Part shown: piece after piece, positions 41,301 through 55,374 of the stretch
How the letters are laid out: every line of letters begins with the position of its first letter
Numbering within the stretch: the stretch's first letter is position 1
Source of the DNA: the human T2T-CHM13v2.0 reference genome, Homo sapiens
Assembly: GCF_009914755.1 (NCBI RefSeq)
Contig: NC_060946.1
Reading direction: 5' to 3' (one strand)
DNA: 64,000 nt
The notes under the pieces: model-generated
The model's input: the letters and a program-made list of their open reading frames with translations, nothing else
The model's database searches: none
What the model was told of the DNA's origin: nothing
Translations under genes and position numbers: made by a program

Positions 41301-44300
41301 TGTTCAACTCTATGAGTTGAATGCAAACATCACAAAGACGTTTCTGAGAATGCTTCTGTCTAGATTTGATATGAAGATATTCCCGTTTCCAACGAAATCT
41401 TCAAATCTATCCAAATGTCCACTTGCATAATCAACAAAAAGTGTTTTTCAGAACTGCTCTATCAAAAGAAAGATCCACCTCTGTTAGCTGAGTTCACACA
41501 TCACAAACAAGTTTATGAGAATGCTTCTGTCTAGTTTTTATTTGAAGATATTTCCTTTCTCACCATAGACCTGAAAGCTGTCCTAATGTTCACTTCCAGA
41601 TACTACAGAAAGAGTGTTTCAAAACTGCTGTACGAAAGGGAATGTTCAACTCTGTGACTGGAATGCACACATCACAAAGAAGTTTCTGAGGATGCTGCTG
41701 TCTACTTTTTATATGTAATCCCGTTTCCAACGAAATCCTCCAAGCTATCCAAATATCCACTTGCAGATTCCACAGAAAGACTGTTTCAAAACTGCTCTGT
41801 CAATAGAAAGGTTCAACTCTGTTAGCTGCGTGCATATATCCCAAAGAAGATTCTGAGATTGCTTCTGTCTAGTTTTTATGGGAAGATATTTCCCTTTTCA
41901 CCGTAGGCGTCAAGGCGCTCCAAATGTCCACTTCCAGATACTACAAAAAGAGTGTTTCAAACCTACTCTGTGAAAGGGAATATTCAACTCTGTGACTTGA
42001 ATGCACATATCACAAAGAAGTTTCTGATAATGCTTCTGTCGAGATTTTATATGAAGATATTCCCGTTTCCAACGAAATCCTGAAATCTATCCAAATATCC
42101 CCTCGCAGATTCTACAAAAAGAGTGTTTCAAAACTGCTCTGTAAAAAGAAAGGTTCAACTCTGTTAGTTGAGTACACACATCACAAACAAGTTTCACAGA
42201 ATGCTTCTTTCTAGCTTGTAGGGGAAGATATTCCCTTTATCACCATGGGCCTCTAAGCGTCCGAAACATCCACTTCCATATACTACAAAAAGAGCGTTTC
42301 AAACCTGCTCTATGAAAGGCAATGTTCAACTCTGTGACTTGAAAGCAGACATCACAGAGCAGTTTCTGAGAATGCTTCTGTCTAGATTTTATAGGAAGAT
42401 ATTCCCGTTTCCAACGAAATCTTCACATCTATCCAAATATCCACTTGCAGATTCTTCAAAAAGAGTGTATCAAAACTGCTCTGTCAAAAGGAAGGTTCTT
42501 CTCTGTTAGGTGAGTGCATACGTCATAAAGGAGTTTCTGGGAATGTTTCTGTCTAGTGGTTATGGGAAGATATTTGCTTTTTCACCGTAGGCCTCAGAGC
42601 GCTCCAAATATCCACTTGCACATACTACAAAAAGAGTGCCTCAAAGCTGCTCTCTGAAACGGAATGTTCAACTCTATGAGTTGAATGCAAACATCACAAA
42701 GACGTTTCTGAGAATGCTTCTGTCTAGATTTGATATGAAGATATTCCCGTTTCCAACGAAATCTTCAAATCTATCCAAATGTCCACTTGCATAATCAACA
42801 AAAAGTGTTTTTCAGAACTGCTCTATCAAAAGAAAGATCCACCTCTGTTAGCTGAGTTCACACATCACAAACAAGTTTATGAGAATGCTTCTGTCTAGTT
42901 TTTATTTGAAGATATTTCCTTTCTCACCATAGACCTGAAAGCTGTCCTAATGTTCACTTCCAGATACTACAGAAAGAGTGTTTCAAAACTGCTGTACGAA
43001 AGGGAATGTTCAACTCTGTGACTTGAATGCACACATCACAAAGAAGTTTCTGAGGATGCTGCTGTCTACTTTTTATACGTAATCCCGTTTCCAACGAAAT
43101 CCTCCAAGCTATCCAAACATCCACTTGCAGATTCCACAGAAAGACTGTTTCAAAACTGCTCTGTCAATAGAAAGGTTCAACTCTGTTAGCTGCGTGCATA
43201 TATCCCAAAGAAGATTCTGAGATTGCTTCTGTCTAGTTTTTATGGGAAGATATTTCCCTTTTCACCGTAGGCGTCAAGGCGCTCCAAATGTCCACTTCCA
43301 GATACTACAAAAAGAGTGTTTCAAACCTACTCTGTGAAAGCGAATATTCAACTCTGTGACTTGAATGCACATATCACAAAGAAGTTTCTGAGAATGCTTC
43401 TGTCGAGATTTTATATGAAGATATTCCCGTTTCCAACGAAATCCTGAAATCTATCCAAATATCCCCTCGCAGATTCTACAAAAAGAGTGTTTCAAAACTG
43501 CTCTGTAAAAAGAAAGGTTCAACTCTGTTAGTTGAGTACACACATCACAAACAAGTTTCACAGAATGCTTCTTTCTAGCTTGTAGGGGAAGATATTCCCT
43601 TTATCACCATGGGCCTCCAACCGTCCGAAACGTCCACTTCCATATACTACAAAAAGAGCGTTTCAAACCTGCTCTAGGAAAGGCAATGTTCACCTCTGTG
43701 ACTTGAATGCAGACATCACAGAGCAGTTTCTGAGAATGCTTCTGTCTAGATTTTATAGGAAGATATTCCCGTTTCCAACGAAATCTTCACAGCTATCCAA
43801 ATATCCACTTGCAGATTCTACAAAAAGAGTGTATCAAAACTGCTCTGTCAAAAGGAAGGTTCTTCTCTGTTAGGTGAGTGCATACGTCATAAAGGAGTTT
43901 CTGAGAATGTTTCTGTCTAGTGGTTATGGGAAGATATTTGCTTTTTCACCGTAGGCCTCAGAGCGCTCCAAATATCCACTTGCACATACTACAAAAAGAG
44001 TGCCTCAAAGCTGCTCTTTGAAACGGAATGTTCAACTCTATGAGTTGAATGCAAACATCACAAAGACGTTCCTGAGAATGCTTCTGTCTAGATTTGATAT
44101 GAAGATATTCCCGTTTCCAACGAAATCTTCAAATCTATCCAAATGTCCACTTGCAGATTCAACAAAAAGTGTTTTTCAGAACTGCTCTATCAAAAGAAAG
44201 ATCCACCTCTGTTAGCTGAGTTCACACATCACAAACAAGTTTATGAGAATGCTTCTGTCTAGTTTTTATTTGAAGATATTTCCTTTCTCACCATAGACCT

Positions 44301-45810
44301 GAAAGCTGTCCTAATGTTCACTTCCAGATACTACAGAAAGAGTGTTTCAAAACTGCTGTATGAAAGGGAATGTTCAACTCTGTGACTTGAATGCACACAT
44401 CACAAAGAAGTTTCTGAGGATGCTGCTGTCTACTTTTTATATGTAATCCCGTTTCCAACGAAATCCTCCAAGCTATCCAAATATCCACTTGCAGATTCCA
44501 CAGAAAGACTGTTTCAAAACTGCTCTGTCAATAGAAAGGTTCAACTCTGTTAGCTGCGTGCATATATCCCAAAGAAGATTCTGAGATTGCTTCTGTCTAG
44601 TTTTTATGGGAAGATATTTCCCTTTTCACCGTAGGCGTCAAGGCGCTCCAAATGTCCACTTCCAGATACTACAAAAAGAGTGTTTCAAACCTACTCTGTG
44701 AAAGGGAATATTCAACTCTGTGACTTGAATGCACATATCACAAAGAAGTTTCTGATAATGCTTCTGTCGAGATTTTATATGAAGATATTCCCGTTTCCAA
44801 CGAAATCCTGAAATCTATCCAAATATCCCCTCGCAGATTCTACAAAAAGAGTGTTTCAAAACTGCTGTGTAAAAAGAAAGGTTCAACTCTGTTAGTTGAG
44901 TACACACATCACAAACAAGTTTCACAGAATGCTTCTTTCTAGCTTGTAGGGGAAGATATTCCCTTTATCACCATGGGCCTCCAAGCGTCCGAAACATCCA
45001 CTTCCATATACTACAAAAAGAGCGTTTCAAACCTGCTCTATGAAAGGCAATGTTCAACTCTGTGACTTGAAAGCAGACATCACAGAGCAGTTTCTGAGAA
45101 TGCTTCTGTCTAGATTTTATAGGAAGATATTCCCGTTTCCAACGAAATCTTCACATCTATCCAAATATCCACTTGCAGATTCTTCAAAAAGAGTGTATCA
45201 AAACTGCTCTGTCAAAAGGAAGGTTCTTCTCTGTTAGGTGAGTGCATACGTCATAAAGGAGTTTCTGGGAATGTTTCTGTCTAGTGGTTATGGGAAGATA
45301 TTTGCTTTTTCACCGTAGGCCTCAGAGCGCTCCAAATATCCACTTGCACATACTACAAAAAGAGTGCCTCAAAGCTGCTCTCTGAAACGGAATGTTCAAC
45401 TCTATGAGTTGAATGCAAACATCACAAAGACGTTTCTGAGAATGCTTCTGTCTAGATTTGATATGAAGATATTCCCGTTTCCAACGAAATCTTCAAATCT
45501 ATCCAAATGTCCACTTGCATAATCAACAAAAAGTGTTTTTCAGAACTGCTCTATCAAAAGAAAGATCCACCTCTGTTAGCTGAGTTCACACATCACAAAC
45601 AAGTTTATGAGAATGCTTCTGTCTAGTTTTTATTTGAAGATATTTCCTTTCTCACCATAGACCTGAAAGCTGTCCTAATGTTCACTTCCAGATACTACAG
45701 AAAGAGTGTTTCAAAACTGCTGTACGAAAGGGAATGTTCAACTCTGTGACTTGAATGCACACATCACAAAGAAGTTTCTGAGGATGCTGCTGTCTACTTT
45801 TTATACGTAA

Positions 45811-45827
45811 TCCCTTTTCCAACGAAA
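45811..45827 (-). promoter_or_regulatory. Disrupted CENP-B box (box 3; G>T at 45815 in the essential CGGG)
   Basis: TCCCTTTTCCAACGAAA. Confidence 0.9.
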
Positions 45828-47559
45828 TCCTCCAAGCTATCCAAATATCCACTTGCAGATTCCACAGAAAGACTGTTTCAAAACTGCTCTGTCAATAGAA
45901 AGGTTCAACTCTGTTAGCTGCGTGCATATATCCCAAAGAAGATTCTGAGATTCCTTCTGTCTAGTTTTTATGGGAAGATATTTCCCTTTTCACCGTAGGC
46001 GTCAAGGCGCTCCAAATGTCCACTTCCAGATACTACAAAAAGAGTGTTTCAAACCTACTCTGTGAAAGCGAATATTCAACTCTGTGACTTTAATGCACAT
46101 ATCACAAAGAAGTTTCTGAGAATGCTTCTGTCGAGATTTTATATGAAGATATTCCCGTTTCCAACGAAATCCTGAAATCTATCCAAATATCCCCTCGCAG
46201 ATTCTACAAAAAGAGTGTTTCAAAACTGCTCTGTAAAAAGAAAGGTTCAACTCTGTTAGTTGAGTGCACACATCACAAACAAGTTTCACAGAATGCTTCT
46301 TTCTAGCTTGTAGGGGAAGATATTCCCTTTATCACCATGGTCCTCAAACCGTCCGAAACGTCCACTTCCATATACTACAAAAAGAGCGTTTCAAACCTGC
46401 TCTATGAAAGGCAATGTTCAACTCTGTGACTTGAATGCAGACATCACAGAGCAGTTTCTGAGAATGCTTCTGTCTAGATTTTATAGGAAGATATTCCCGT
46501 TTCCAACGAAATCTTCACAGCTATCCAAATATCCACTTGCAGATTCTACAAAAAGAGTGTATCAAAACTGCTCTGTCAAAACGAAGGTTCTTCTCTGTTA
46601 GGTGAGTGCATACGTCATAAAGGAGTTTCTGAGAATGTTTCTGTCTAGTGGTTATGGGAAGATATTTGCTTTTTCACCGTAGGCCTCAGAGCGCTCCAAA
46701 TATCCACTTGCACATACTACAAAAAGAGTGCCTCAAAGCTGCTCTCTGAAACGGAATGTTCAACTCTATGAGTTGAATGCAAACATCACAAAGACGTTTC
46801 TGAGAATGCTTCTGTCTAGATTTGATATGAAGATATTCCCGTTTCCAACGAAATCTTCAAATCTATCCAAATGTCCACTTGCAGATTCAACAAAAAGTGT
46901 TTTTCAGAACTGCTCTATCAAAAGAAAGATCCACCTCTGTTAGCTGAGTTCACACATCACAAACAAGTTTATGAGAATGCTTCTGTCTAGTTTTTATTTG
47001 AAGATATTTCCTTTCTCACCATAGACCTGAAAGCTGTCCTAATGTTCACTTCCAGATACTACAGAAAGAGTGTTTCAAAACTGCTGTACGAAAGGGAATG
47101 TTCAACTCTGTGACTTGAATGCACACATCACAAAGAAGTTTCTGAGGATGCTGCTGTCTACTTTTTATACGTAATCCCGTTTCCAACGAAATCCTCCAAG
47201 CTATCCAAATATCCACTTGCAGATTCCACAGAAAGACTGTTTCAAAACTGCTCTGTCAATAGAAAGGTTCAACTCTGTTAGCTGCGTGCATATATCCCAA
47301 AGAAGATTCTGAGATTGCTTCTGTCTAGTTTTTATGGGAAGATATTTCCCTTTTCACCGTAGGCGTCAAGGCGCTCCAAATGTCCACTTCCAGATACTAC
47401 AAAAAGAGTGTTTCAAACCTACTCTGTGAAAGCGAATATTCAACTCTGTGACTTTAATGCACATATCACAAAGAAGTTTCTGAGAATGCTTCTGTCGAGA
47501 TTTTATATGAAGATATTCCCGTTTCCAACGAAATCCTGAAATCTATCCAAATATCCCCT

Positions 47560-48490
47560 TGCAGATTCTACAAAAAGAGTGTTTCAAAACTGCTCTGTAA
47601 AAAGAAAGGTTCAACTCTGTTAGTTGAGTACACACATCACAACAAGTTTCACAGAATGCTTCTTTCTAGCTTGTAGGGGAAGATATTTCCTTTATCACCA
47701 TGGGCCTCAAACCATCCGAAACGTCCACTTCCATATACTAAAAAAAGAGTGTTTGAAACCTGCTCTATGAAAGGCAATGTTCAACTCTGTGACTTGAATG
47801 CAGACATCACAGAGCAGTTTCTGAGAATGCTTCTGTCCAGACTTTATAGGAAGATATTCCCGTTTCCAACGAAATCTACACAGCTATCCAAATATCCACT
47901 TGCAGATACTACAAAAAGAATGTATCAAAAATGCTCTGTCAAAAGGAAAGTTCTTCTCTGCTAGTTGAGTACATACGTCATAAAGAAGTTTCTGAGAATG
48001 TTTCTGTCTAGTGGTTATGGGAAGATATTTGCTTTTTCACCGTAGGCCTCAGAGCGCTCCAAATGTCCACTTGCACATGCTACAAAAAGAGTGCTTCAAA
48101 GCTGCTCTCTGAAAGGGAATGTTCAACTCTATGAGTTGAATGTAAACATCACAAAGACGTTTCTGAGAATGCGTCTGTCTAGATTTGATATGAAGATATT
48201 CCCGTTTCCAACGAAATCTTCAAATCTATCCAAATGTCCACTTGCAGATTCAACAAAAAGTGTTTTTCACAACTGCTGTATCAAAAGAAAGATCCACGTT
48301 TGTTAGCTGAGTTCACACATCACAAAGAAGTTTATGAGAATGCTTCTGTCTAGTTTTTATTTGAAGATATTTCCTTTCTCACCATAGACCTGAAAGCTGT
48401 CGTAATGTTTACTTCCAGATACTACAGAAAGAGTGTTTCAAAACTGCTGTACGAAACGGAATGTTCAACTCTGTGACTTGAATGCACACG
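47560..48490 (-). repeat. Divergent HOR-variant segment, copy 1 (weaker tail to ~48830)
   Basis: About 30 differences from the local consensus in ~930 bp, with HOR register preserved. Confidence 0.92.
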
Positions 48491-51400
48491 TCACAAAGAA
48501 GTTTCTGAGGATGCTGCTGTCTACTTTTTATACGTAATCCCGTTTCCAACGAAATCCTCCAAGCTATCCAAATATCCACTTGCAGATTCCACAGAAAGAC
48601 TGTTTCAAAACTGCTCTGTCAATAGAAAGGTTCAACTCTGTTAGCTGCGTGCATATATCCCAAAGAAGATTCTGAGATTGCTTCTGTCTAGTTTTTTTGG
48701 GAAGATATTTCCCTTTTCACCGTAGGCGTCAAGGCGCTCCAAATGTCCACTTCCAGATACTACAAAAAGAGTGTTTCAAACCTACTCTGTGAAAGGGAAT
48801 ATTCAACTCTGTGACTTGAATGCAGATATCACAAAGAAGTTTCTGAGAATGCTTCTGTCGAGATTTTATATGAAGATATTCCCGTTTCCAACGAAATCCT
48901 GAAATCTATCCAAATATCCCCTCGCAGATTCTACAAAAAGAGTGTTTCAAAACTGCTCTGTAAAAAGAAAGGTTCAACTCTGTTACTTGAGTACACACAT
49001 CACAAACAAGTTTCACAGAATGCTTCTTTCTAGCTTGTAGGGGAAGATATTCCCTTTATCACCATGGTCCTCAAACCGTCCGAAACGTCCACTTCCATAT
49101 ACTACAAAAAGAGCGTTTCAAACCTGCTCTATGAAAGGCAATGTTCAACTCTGTGACTTGAATGCAGACATCACAGAGCAGTTTCTGAGAATGCTTCTGT
49201 CTAGATTTTATAGGAAGATATTCCCGTTTCCAACGAAATCTTCACAGCTATCCAAATATCCACTTGCAGATTCTACAAAAAGAGTGTATCAAAACTGCTC
49301 TGTCAAAAGGAAGGTTCTTCTCTGTTAGGTGAGTGCATACGTCATAAAGGAGTTTCTGAGAATGTTTCTGTCTAGTGGTTATGGGAAGATATTTGCTTTT
49401 TCACCGTAGGCCTCAGAGCGCTCCAAATATCCACTTGCACATACTACAAAAAGAGTGCCGCAAAGCTGCTCTCTGAAACGGAATGTTCAACTCTATGAGT
49501 TGAATGCAAACATCACAAAGACGTTTCTGAGAATGCTTCTGTCTAGATTTGATATGAAGATATTCCCGTTTCCAACGAAATCTTCAAATCTATCCAAATG
49601 TCCACTTGCATAATCAACAAAAAGTGTTTTTCAGAACTGCTCTATCAAAAGAAAGATCCACCTCTGTTAGCTGAGTTCACACATCACAAACAAGTTTATG
49701 AGAATGCTTCTGTCTAGTTTTTATTTGAAGATATTTCCTTTCTCACCATAGACCTGAAAGCTGTCCTAATGTTCACTTCCAGATACTACAGAAAGAGTGT
49801 TTCAAAACTGCTGTACGAAAGGGAATGTTCAACTCTGTGACTTGAATGCACACATCACAAAGAAGTTTCTGAGGATGCTGCTGTCTACTTTTTATACGTA
49901 ATCCCGTTTCCAACGAAATCCTCCAAGCTATCCAAACATCCACTTGCAGATTCCACAGAAAGACTGTTTCAAAACTGCTCTGTCAATAGAAAGGTTCAAC
50001 TCTGTTAGCTGCGTGCATATATCCCAAAGAAGATTCTGAGATTGCTTCTGTCTAGTTTTTATGGGAAGATATTTCCCTTTTCACCGTAGGCGTCAAGGCG
50101 CTCCAAATGTCCACTTCCAGATACTACAAAAAGAGTGTTTCAAACCTACTCTGTGAAAGCGAATATTCAACTCTGTGACTTGAATGCACATATCACAAAG
50201 AAGTTTCTGAGAATGCTTCTGTCGAGATTTTATATGAAGATATTCCCGTTTCCAACGAAATCCTGAAATCTATCCAAATATCCCCTCGCAGATTCTACAA
50301 AAAGAGTGTTTCAAAACTGCTCTGTAAAAAGAAAGGTTCAACTCTGTTAGTTGAGTACACACATCACAAACAAGTTTCACAGAATGCTTCTTTCTAGCTT
50401 GTAGGGGAAGATATTCCCTTTATCACCATGGGCCTCCAACCGTCCGAAACGTCCACTTCCATATACTACGAAAAGAGCGTTTCAAACCTGCTCTAGGAAA
50501 GGCAATGTTCACCTCTGTGACTTGAATGCAGACATCACAGAGCAGTTTCTGAGAATGCTTCTGTCTAGATTTTATAGGAAGATATTCCCGTTTCCAACGA
50601 AATCTTCACAGCTATCCAAATATCCACTTGCAGATTCTACAAAAAGAGTGTATCAAAACTGCTCTGTCAAAAGGAAGGTTCTTCTCTGTTAGGTGAGTGC
50701 ATACGTCATAAAGGAGTTTCTGAGAATGTTTCTGTCTAGTGGTTATGGGAAGATATTTGCTTTTTCACCGTAGGCCTCAGAGCGCTCCAAATATCCACTT
50801 GCACATACTACAAAAAGAGTGCCTCAAAGCTGCTCTTTGAAACGGAATGTTCAACTCTATGAGTTGAATGCAAACATCACAAAGACGTTTCTGAGAATGC
50901 TTCTGTCTAGATTTGATATGAAGATATTCCCGTTTCCAACGAAATCTTCAAATCTATCCAAATGTCCACTTGCAGATTCAACAAAAAGTGTTTTTCAGAA
51001 CTGCTCTATCAAAAGAAAGATCCACCTCTGTTAGCTGAGTTCACACATCACAAACAAGTTTATGAGAATGCTTCTGTCTAGTTTTTATTTGAAGATATTT
51101 CCTTTCTCACCATAGACCTGAAAGCTGTCCTAATGTTCACTTCCAGATACTACAGAAAGAGTGTTTCAAAACTGCTGTATGAAAGGGAATGTTCAACTCT
51201 GTGACTTGAATGCACACATCACAAAGAAGTTTCTGAGGATGCTGCTGTCTACTTTTTATATGTAATCCCGTTTCCAACGAAATCCTCCAAGCTATCCAAA
51301 TATCCACTTGCAGATTCCACAGAAAGACTGTTTCAAAACTGCTCTGTCAATAGAAAGGTTCAACTCTGTTAGCTGCGTGCATATATCCCAAAGAAGATTC

Positions 51401-54400
51401 TGAGATTGCTTCTGTCTAGTTTTTATGGGAAGATATTTCCCTTTTCACCGTAGGCGTCAAGGCGCTCCAAATGTCCACTTCCAGATACTACAAAAAGAGT
51501 GTTTCAAACCTACTCTGTGAAAGGGAATATTCAACTCTGTGACTTGAATGCACATATCACAAAGAAGTTTCTGAGAATGCTTCTGTCGAGATTTTATATG
51601 AAGATATTCCCGTTTCCAACGAAATCCTGAAATCTATCCAAATATCCCCTCGCAGATTCTACAAAAAGAGTGTTTCAAAAGTGCTCTGTAAAAAGAAAGG
51701 TTCAACTCTGTTAGTTGAGTACACACATCACAAACAAGTTTCACAGAATGCTTCTTTCTAGCTTGTAGGGGAAGATATTCCCTTTATCACCATGGGCCTC
51801 CAACCGTCCGAAACGTCCACTTCCATATACTACAAAAAGAGCGTTTCAAACCTGCTCTAGGAAAGGCAATGTTCACCTCTGTGACTTGAATGCAGACATC
51901 ACAGAGCAGTTTCTGAGAATGCTTCTGTCTAGATTTTATAGGAAGATATTCCCGTTTCCAACGAAATCTTCACAGCTATCCAAATATCCACTTGCAGATT
52001 CTACAAAAAGAGTGTATCAAAACTGCTCTGTCAAAAGGAAGGTTCTTCTCTGTTAGGTGAGTGCATACGTCATAAAGGAGTTTCTGAGAATGTTTCTGTC
52101 TAGTGGTTATGGGAAGATATTTGCTTTTTCACCGTAGGCCTCAGAGCGCTCCAAATATCCACTTGCACATACTACAAAAAGAGTGCCTCAAAGCTGCTCT
52201 TTGAAACGGAATGTTCAACTCTATGAGTTGAATGCAAACATCACAAAGACGTTTCTGAGAATGCTTCTGTCTAGATTTGATATGAAGATATTCCCGTTTC
52301 CAACGAAATCTTCAAATCTATCCAAATGTCCACTTGCAGATTCAACAAAAAGTGTTTTTCAGAACTGCTCTATCAAAAGAAAGATCCACCTCTGTTAGCT
52401 GAGTTCACACATCACAAACAAGTTTATGAGAATGCTTCTGTCTAGTTTTTATTTGAAGATATTTCCTTTCTCACCATAGACCTGAAAGCTGTCCTAATGT
52501 TCACTTCCAGATACTACAGAAAGAGTGTTTCAAAACTGCTGTATGAAAGGGAATGTTCAACTCTGTGACTTGAATGCACACATCACAAAGAAGTTTCTGA
52601 GGATGCTGCTGTCTACTTTTTATATGTAATCCCGTTTCCAACGAAATCCTCCAAGCTATCCAAATATCCACTTGCAGATTCCACAGAAAGACTGTTTCAA
52701 AACTGCTCTGTCAATAGAAAGGTTCAACTCTGTTAGCTGCGTGCATATATCCCAAAGAAGATTCTGAGATTGCTTCTGTCTAGTTTTTATGGGAAGATAT
52801 TTCCCTTTTCACCGTAGGCGTCAAGGCGCTCCAAATGTCCACTTCCAGATACTACAAAAAGAGTGTTTCAAACCTACTCTGTGAAAGGGAATATTCAACT
52901 CTGTGACTTGAATGCACATATCACAAAGAAGTTTCTGATAATGCTTCTGTCGAGATTTTATATGAAGATATTCCCGTTTCCAACGAAATCCTGAAATCTA
53001 TCCAAATATCCCCTCGCAGATTCTACAAAAAGAGTGTTTCAAAAATGCTCTGTAAAAAGAAAGGTTCAACTCTGTTAGTTGAGTACACACATCACAAACA
53101 AGTTTCACAGAATGCTTCTTTCTAGCTTGTAGGGGAAGATATTCCCTTTATCACCATGGGCCTCCAAGCGTCCGAAACATCCACTTCCATATACTACAAA
53201 AAGAGCGTTTCAAACCTGCTCTATGAAAGGCAATGTTCAACTCTGTGACTTGAAAGCAGACATCACAGAGCAGTTTCTGAGAATGCTTCTGTCTAGATTT
53301 TATAGGAAGATATTCCCGTTTCCAACGAAATCTTCACATCTATCCAAATATCCACTTGCAGATTCTTCAAAAAGAGTGTATCAAAACTGCTCTGTCAAAA
53401 GGAAGGTTCTTCTCTGTTAGGTGAGTGCATACGTCATAAAGGAGTTTCTGGGAATGTTTCTGTCTAGTGGTTATGGGAAGATATTTGCTTTTTCACCGTA
53501 GGCCTCAGAGCGCTCCAAATATCCACTTGCACATACTACAAAAAGAGTGCCTCAAAGCTGCTCTCTGAAACGGAATGTTCAACTCTATGAGTTGAATGCA
53601 AACATCACAAAGACGTTCCTGAGAATGCTTCTGTCTAGATTTGATATGAAGATATTCCCGTTTCCAACGAAATCTTCAAATCTATCCAAATGTCCACTTG
53701 CAGATTCAACAAAAAGTGTTTTTCAGAACTGCTCTATCAAAAGAAAGATCCACCTCTGTTAGCTGAGTTCACACATCACAAACAAGTTTATGAGAATGCT
53801 TCTGTCTAGTTTTTATTTGAAGATATTTCCTTTCTCACCATAGACCTGAAAGCTGTCCTAATGTTCACTTCCAGATACTACAGAAAGAGTGTTTCAAAAC
53901 TGCTGTATGAAAGGGAATGTTCAACTCTGTGACTTGAATGCACACATCACAAAGAAGTTTCTGAGGATGCTGCTGTCTACTTTTTATATGTAATCCCGTT
54001 TCCAACGAAATCCTCCAAGCTATCCAAATATCCACTTGCAGATTCCACAGAAAGACTGTTTCAAAACTGCTCTGTCAATAGAAAGGTTCAACTCTGTTAG
54101 CTGCGTGCATATATCCCAAAGAAGATTCTGAGATTGCTTCTGTCTAGTTTTTATGGGAAGATATTTCCCTTTTCACCGTAGGCGTCAAGGCGCTCCAAAT
54201 GTCCACTTCCAGATACTACAAAAAGAGTGTTTCAAACCTACTCTGTGAAAGGGAATATTCAACTCTGTGACTTGAATGCACATATCACAAAGAAGTTTCT
54301 GATAATGCTTCTGTCGAGATTTTATATGAAGATATTCCCGTTTCCAACGAAATCCTGAAATCTATCCAAATATCCCCTCGCAGATTCTACAAAAAGAGTG

Positions 54401-55357
54401 TTTCAAAACTGCTCTGTAAAAAGAAAGGTTCAACTCTGTTAGTTGAGTACACACATCACAAACAAGTTTCACAGAATGCTTCTTTCTAGCTTGTAGGGGA
54501 AGATATTCCCTTTATCACCATGGGCCTCCAAGCGTCCGAAACATCCACTTCCATATACTACAAAAAGAGCGTTTCAAACCTGCTCTATGAAAGGCAATGT
54601 TCAACTCTGTGACTTGAAAGCAGACATCACAGAGCAGTTTCTGAGAATGCTTCTGTCTAGATTTTATAGGAAGATATTCCCGTTTCCAACGAAATCTTCA
54701 CATCTATCCAAATATCCACTTGCAGATTCTTCAAAAAGAGTGTATCAAAACTGCTCTGTCAAAAGGAAGGTTCTTCTCTGTTAGGTGAGTGCATACGTCA
54801 TAAAGGAGTTTCTGGGAATGTTTCTGTCTAGTGGTTATGGGAAGATATTTGCTTTTTCACCGTAGGCCTCAGAGCGCTCCAAATATCCACTTGCACATAC
54901 TACAAAAAGAGTGCCTCAAAGCTGCTCTCTGAAACGGAATGTTCAACTCTATGAGTTGAATGCAAACATCACAAAGACGTTTCTGAGAATGCTTCTGTCT
55001 AGATTTGATATGAAGATATTCCCGTTTCCAACGAAATCTTCAAATCTATCCAAATGTCCACTTGCATAATCAACAAAAAGTGTTTTTCAGAACTGCTCTA
55101 TCAAAAGAAAGATCCACCTCTGTTAGCTGAGTTCACACATCACAAACAAGTTTATGAGAATGCTTCTGTCTAGTTTTTATTTGAAGATATTTCCTTTCTC
55201 ACCATAGACCTGAAAGCTGTCCTAATGTTCACTTCCAGATACTACAGAAAGAGTGTTTCAAAACTGCTGTACGAAAGGGAATGTTCAACTCTGTGACTTG
55301 AATGCACACATCACAAAGAAGTTTCTGAGGATGCTGCTGTCTACTTTTTATACGTAA

Positions 55358-55374
55358 TCCCTTTTCCAACGAAA
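55358..55374 (-). promoter_or_regulatory. Disrupted CENP-B box (box 3; duplicate of the 45815 variant)
   Basis: TCCCTTTTCCAACGAAA, exactly 9547 bp from the first. Confidence 0.9.

Larger units (their letters stand above)
44045..53591. repeat. 7-HOR super-unit, copy 1 (9547 bp; boundaries +/-26 bp)
   Basis: Rare variants recur at +9547: 44071/53618, 45815/55362, 47560/57107, 48490/58037, 50470/60017, 53451/62998. Confidence 0.9.

Noticed and set aside
47560-48490. Divergent island as a mobile-element or foreign insertion
   Set aside because: It is colinear and in register with the HOR, with no added length, target-site duplication or non-alphoid sequence.
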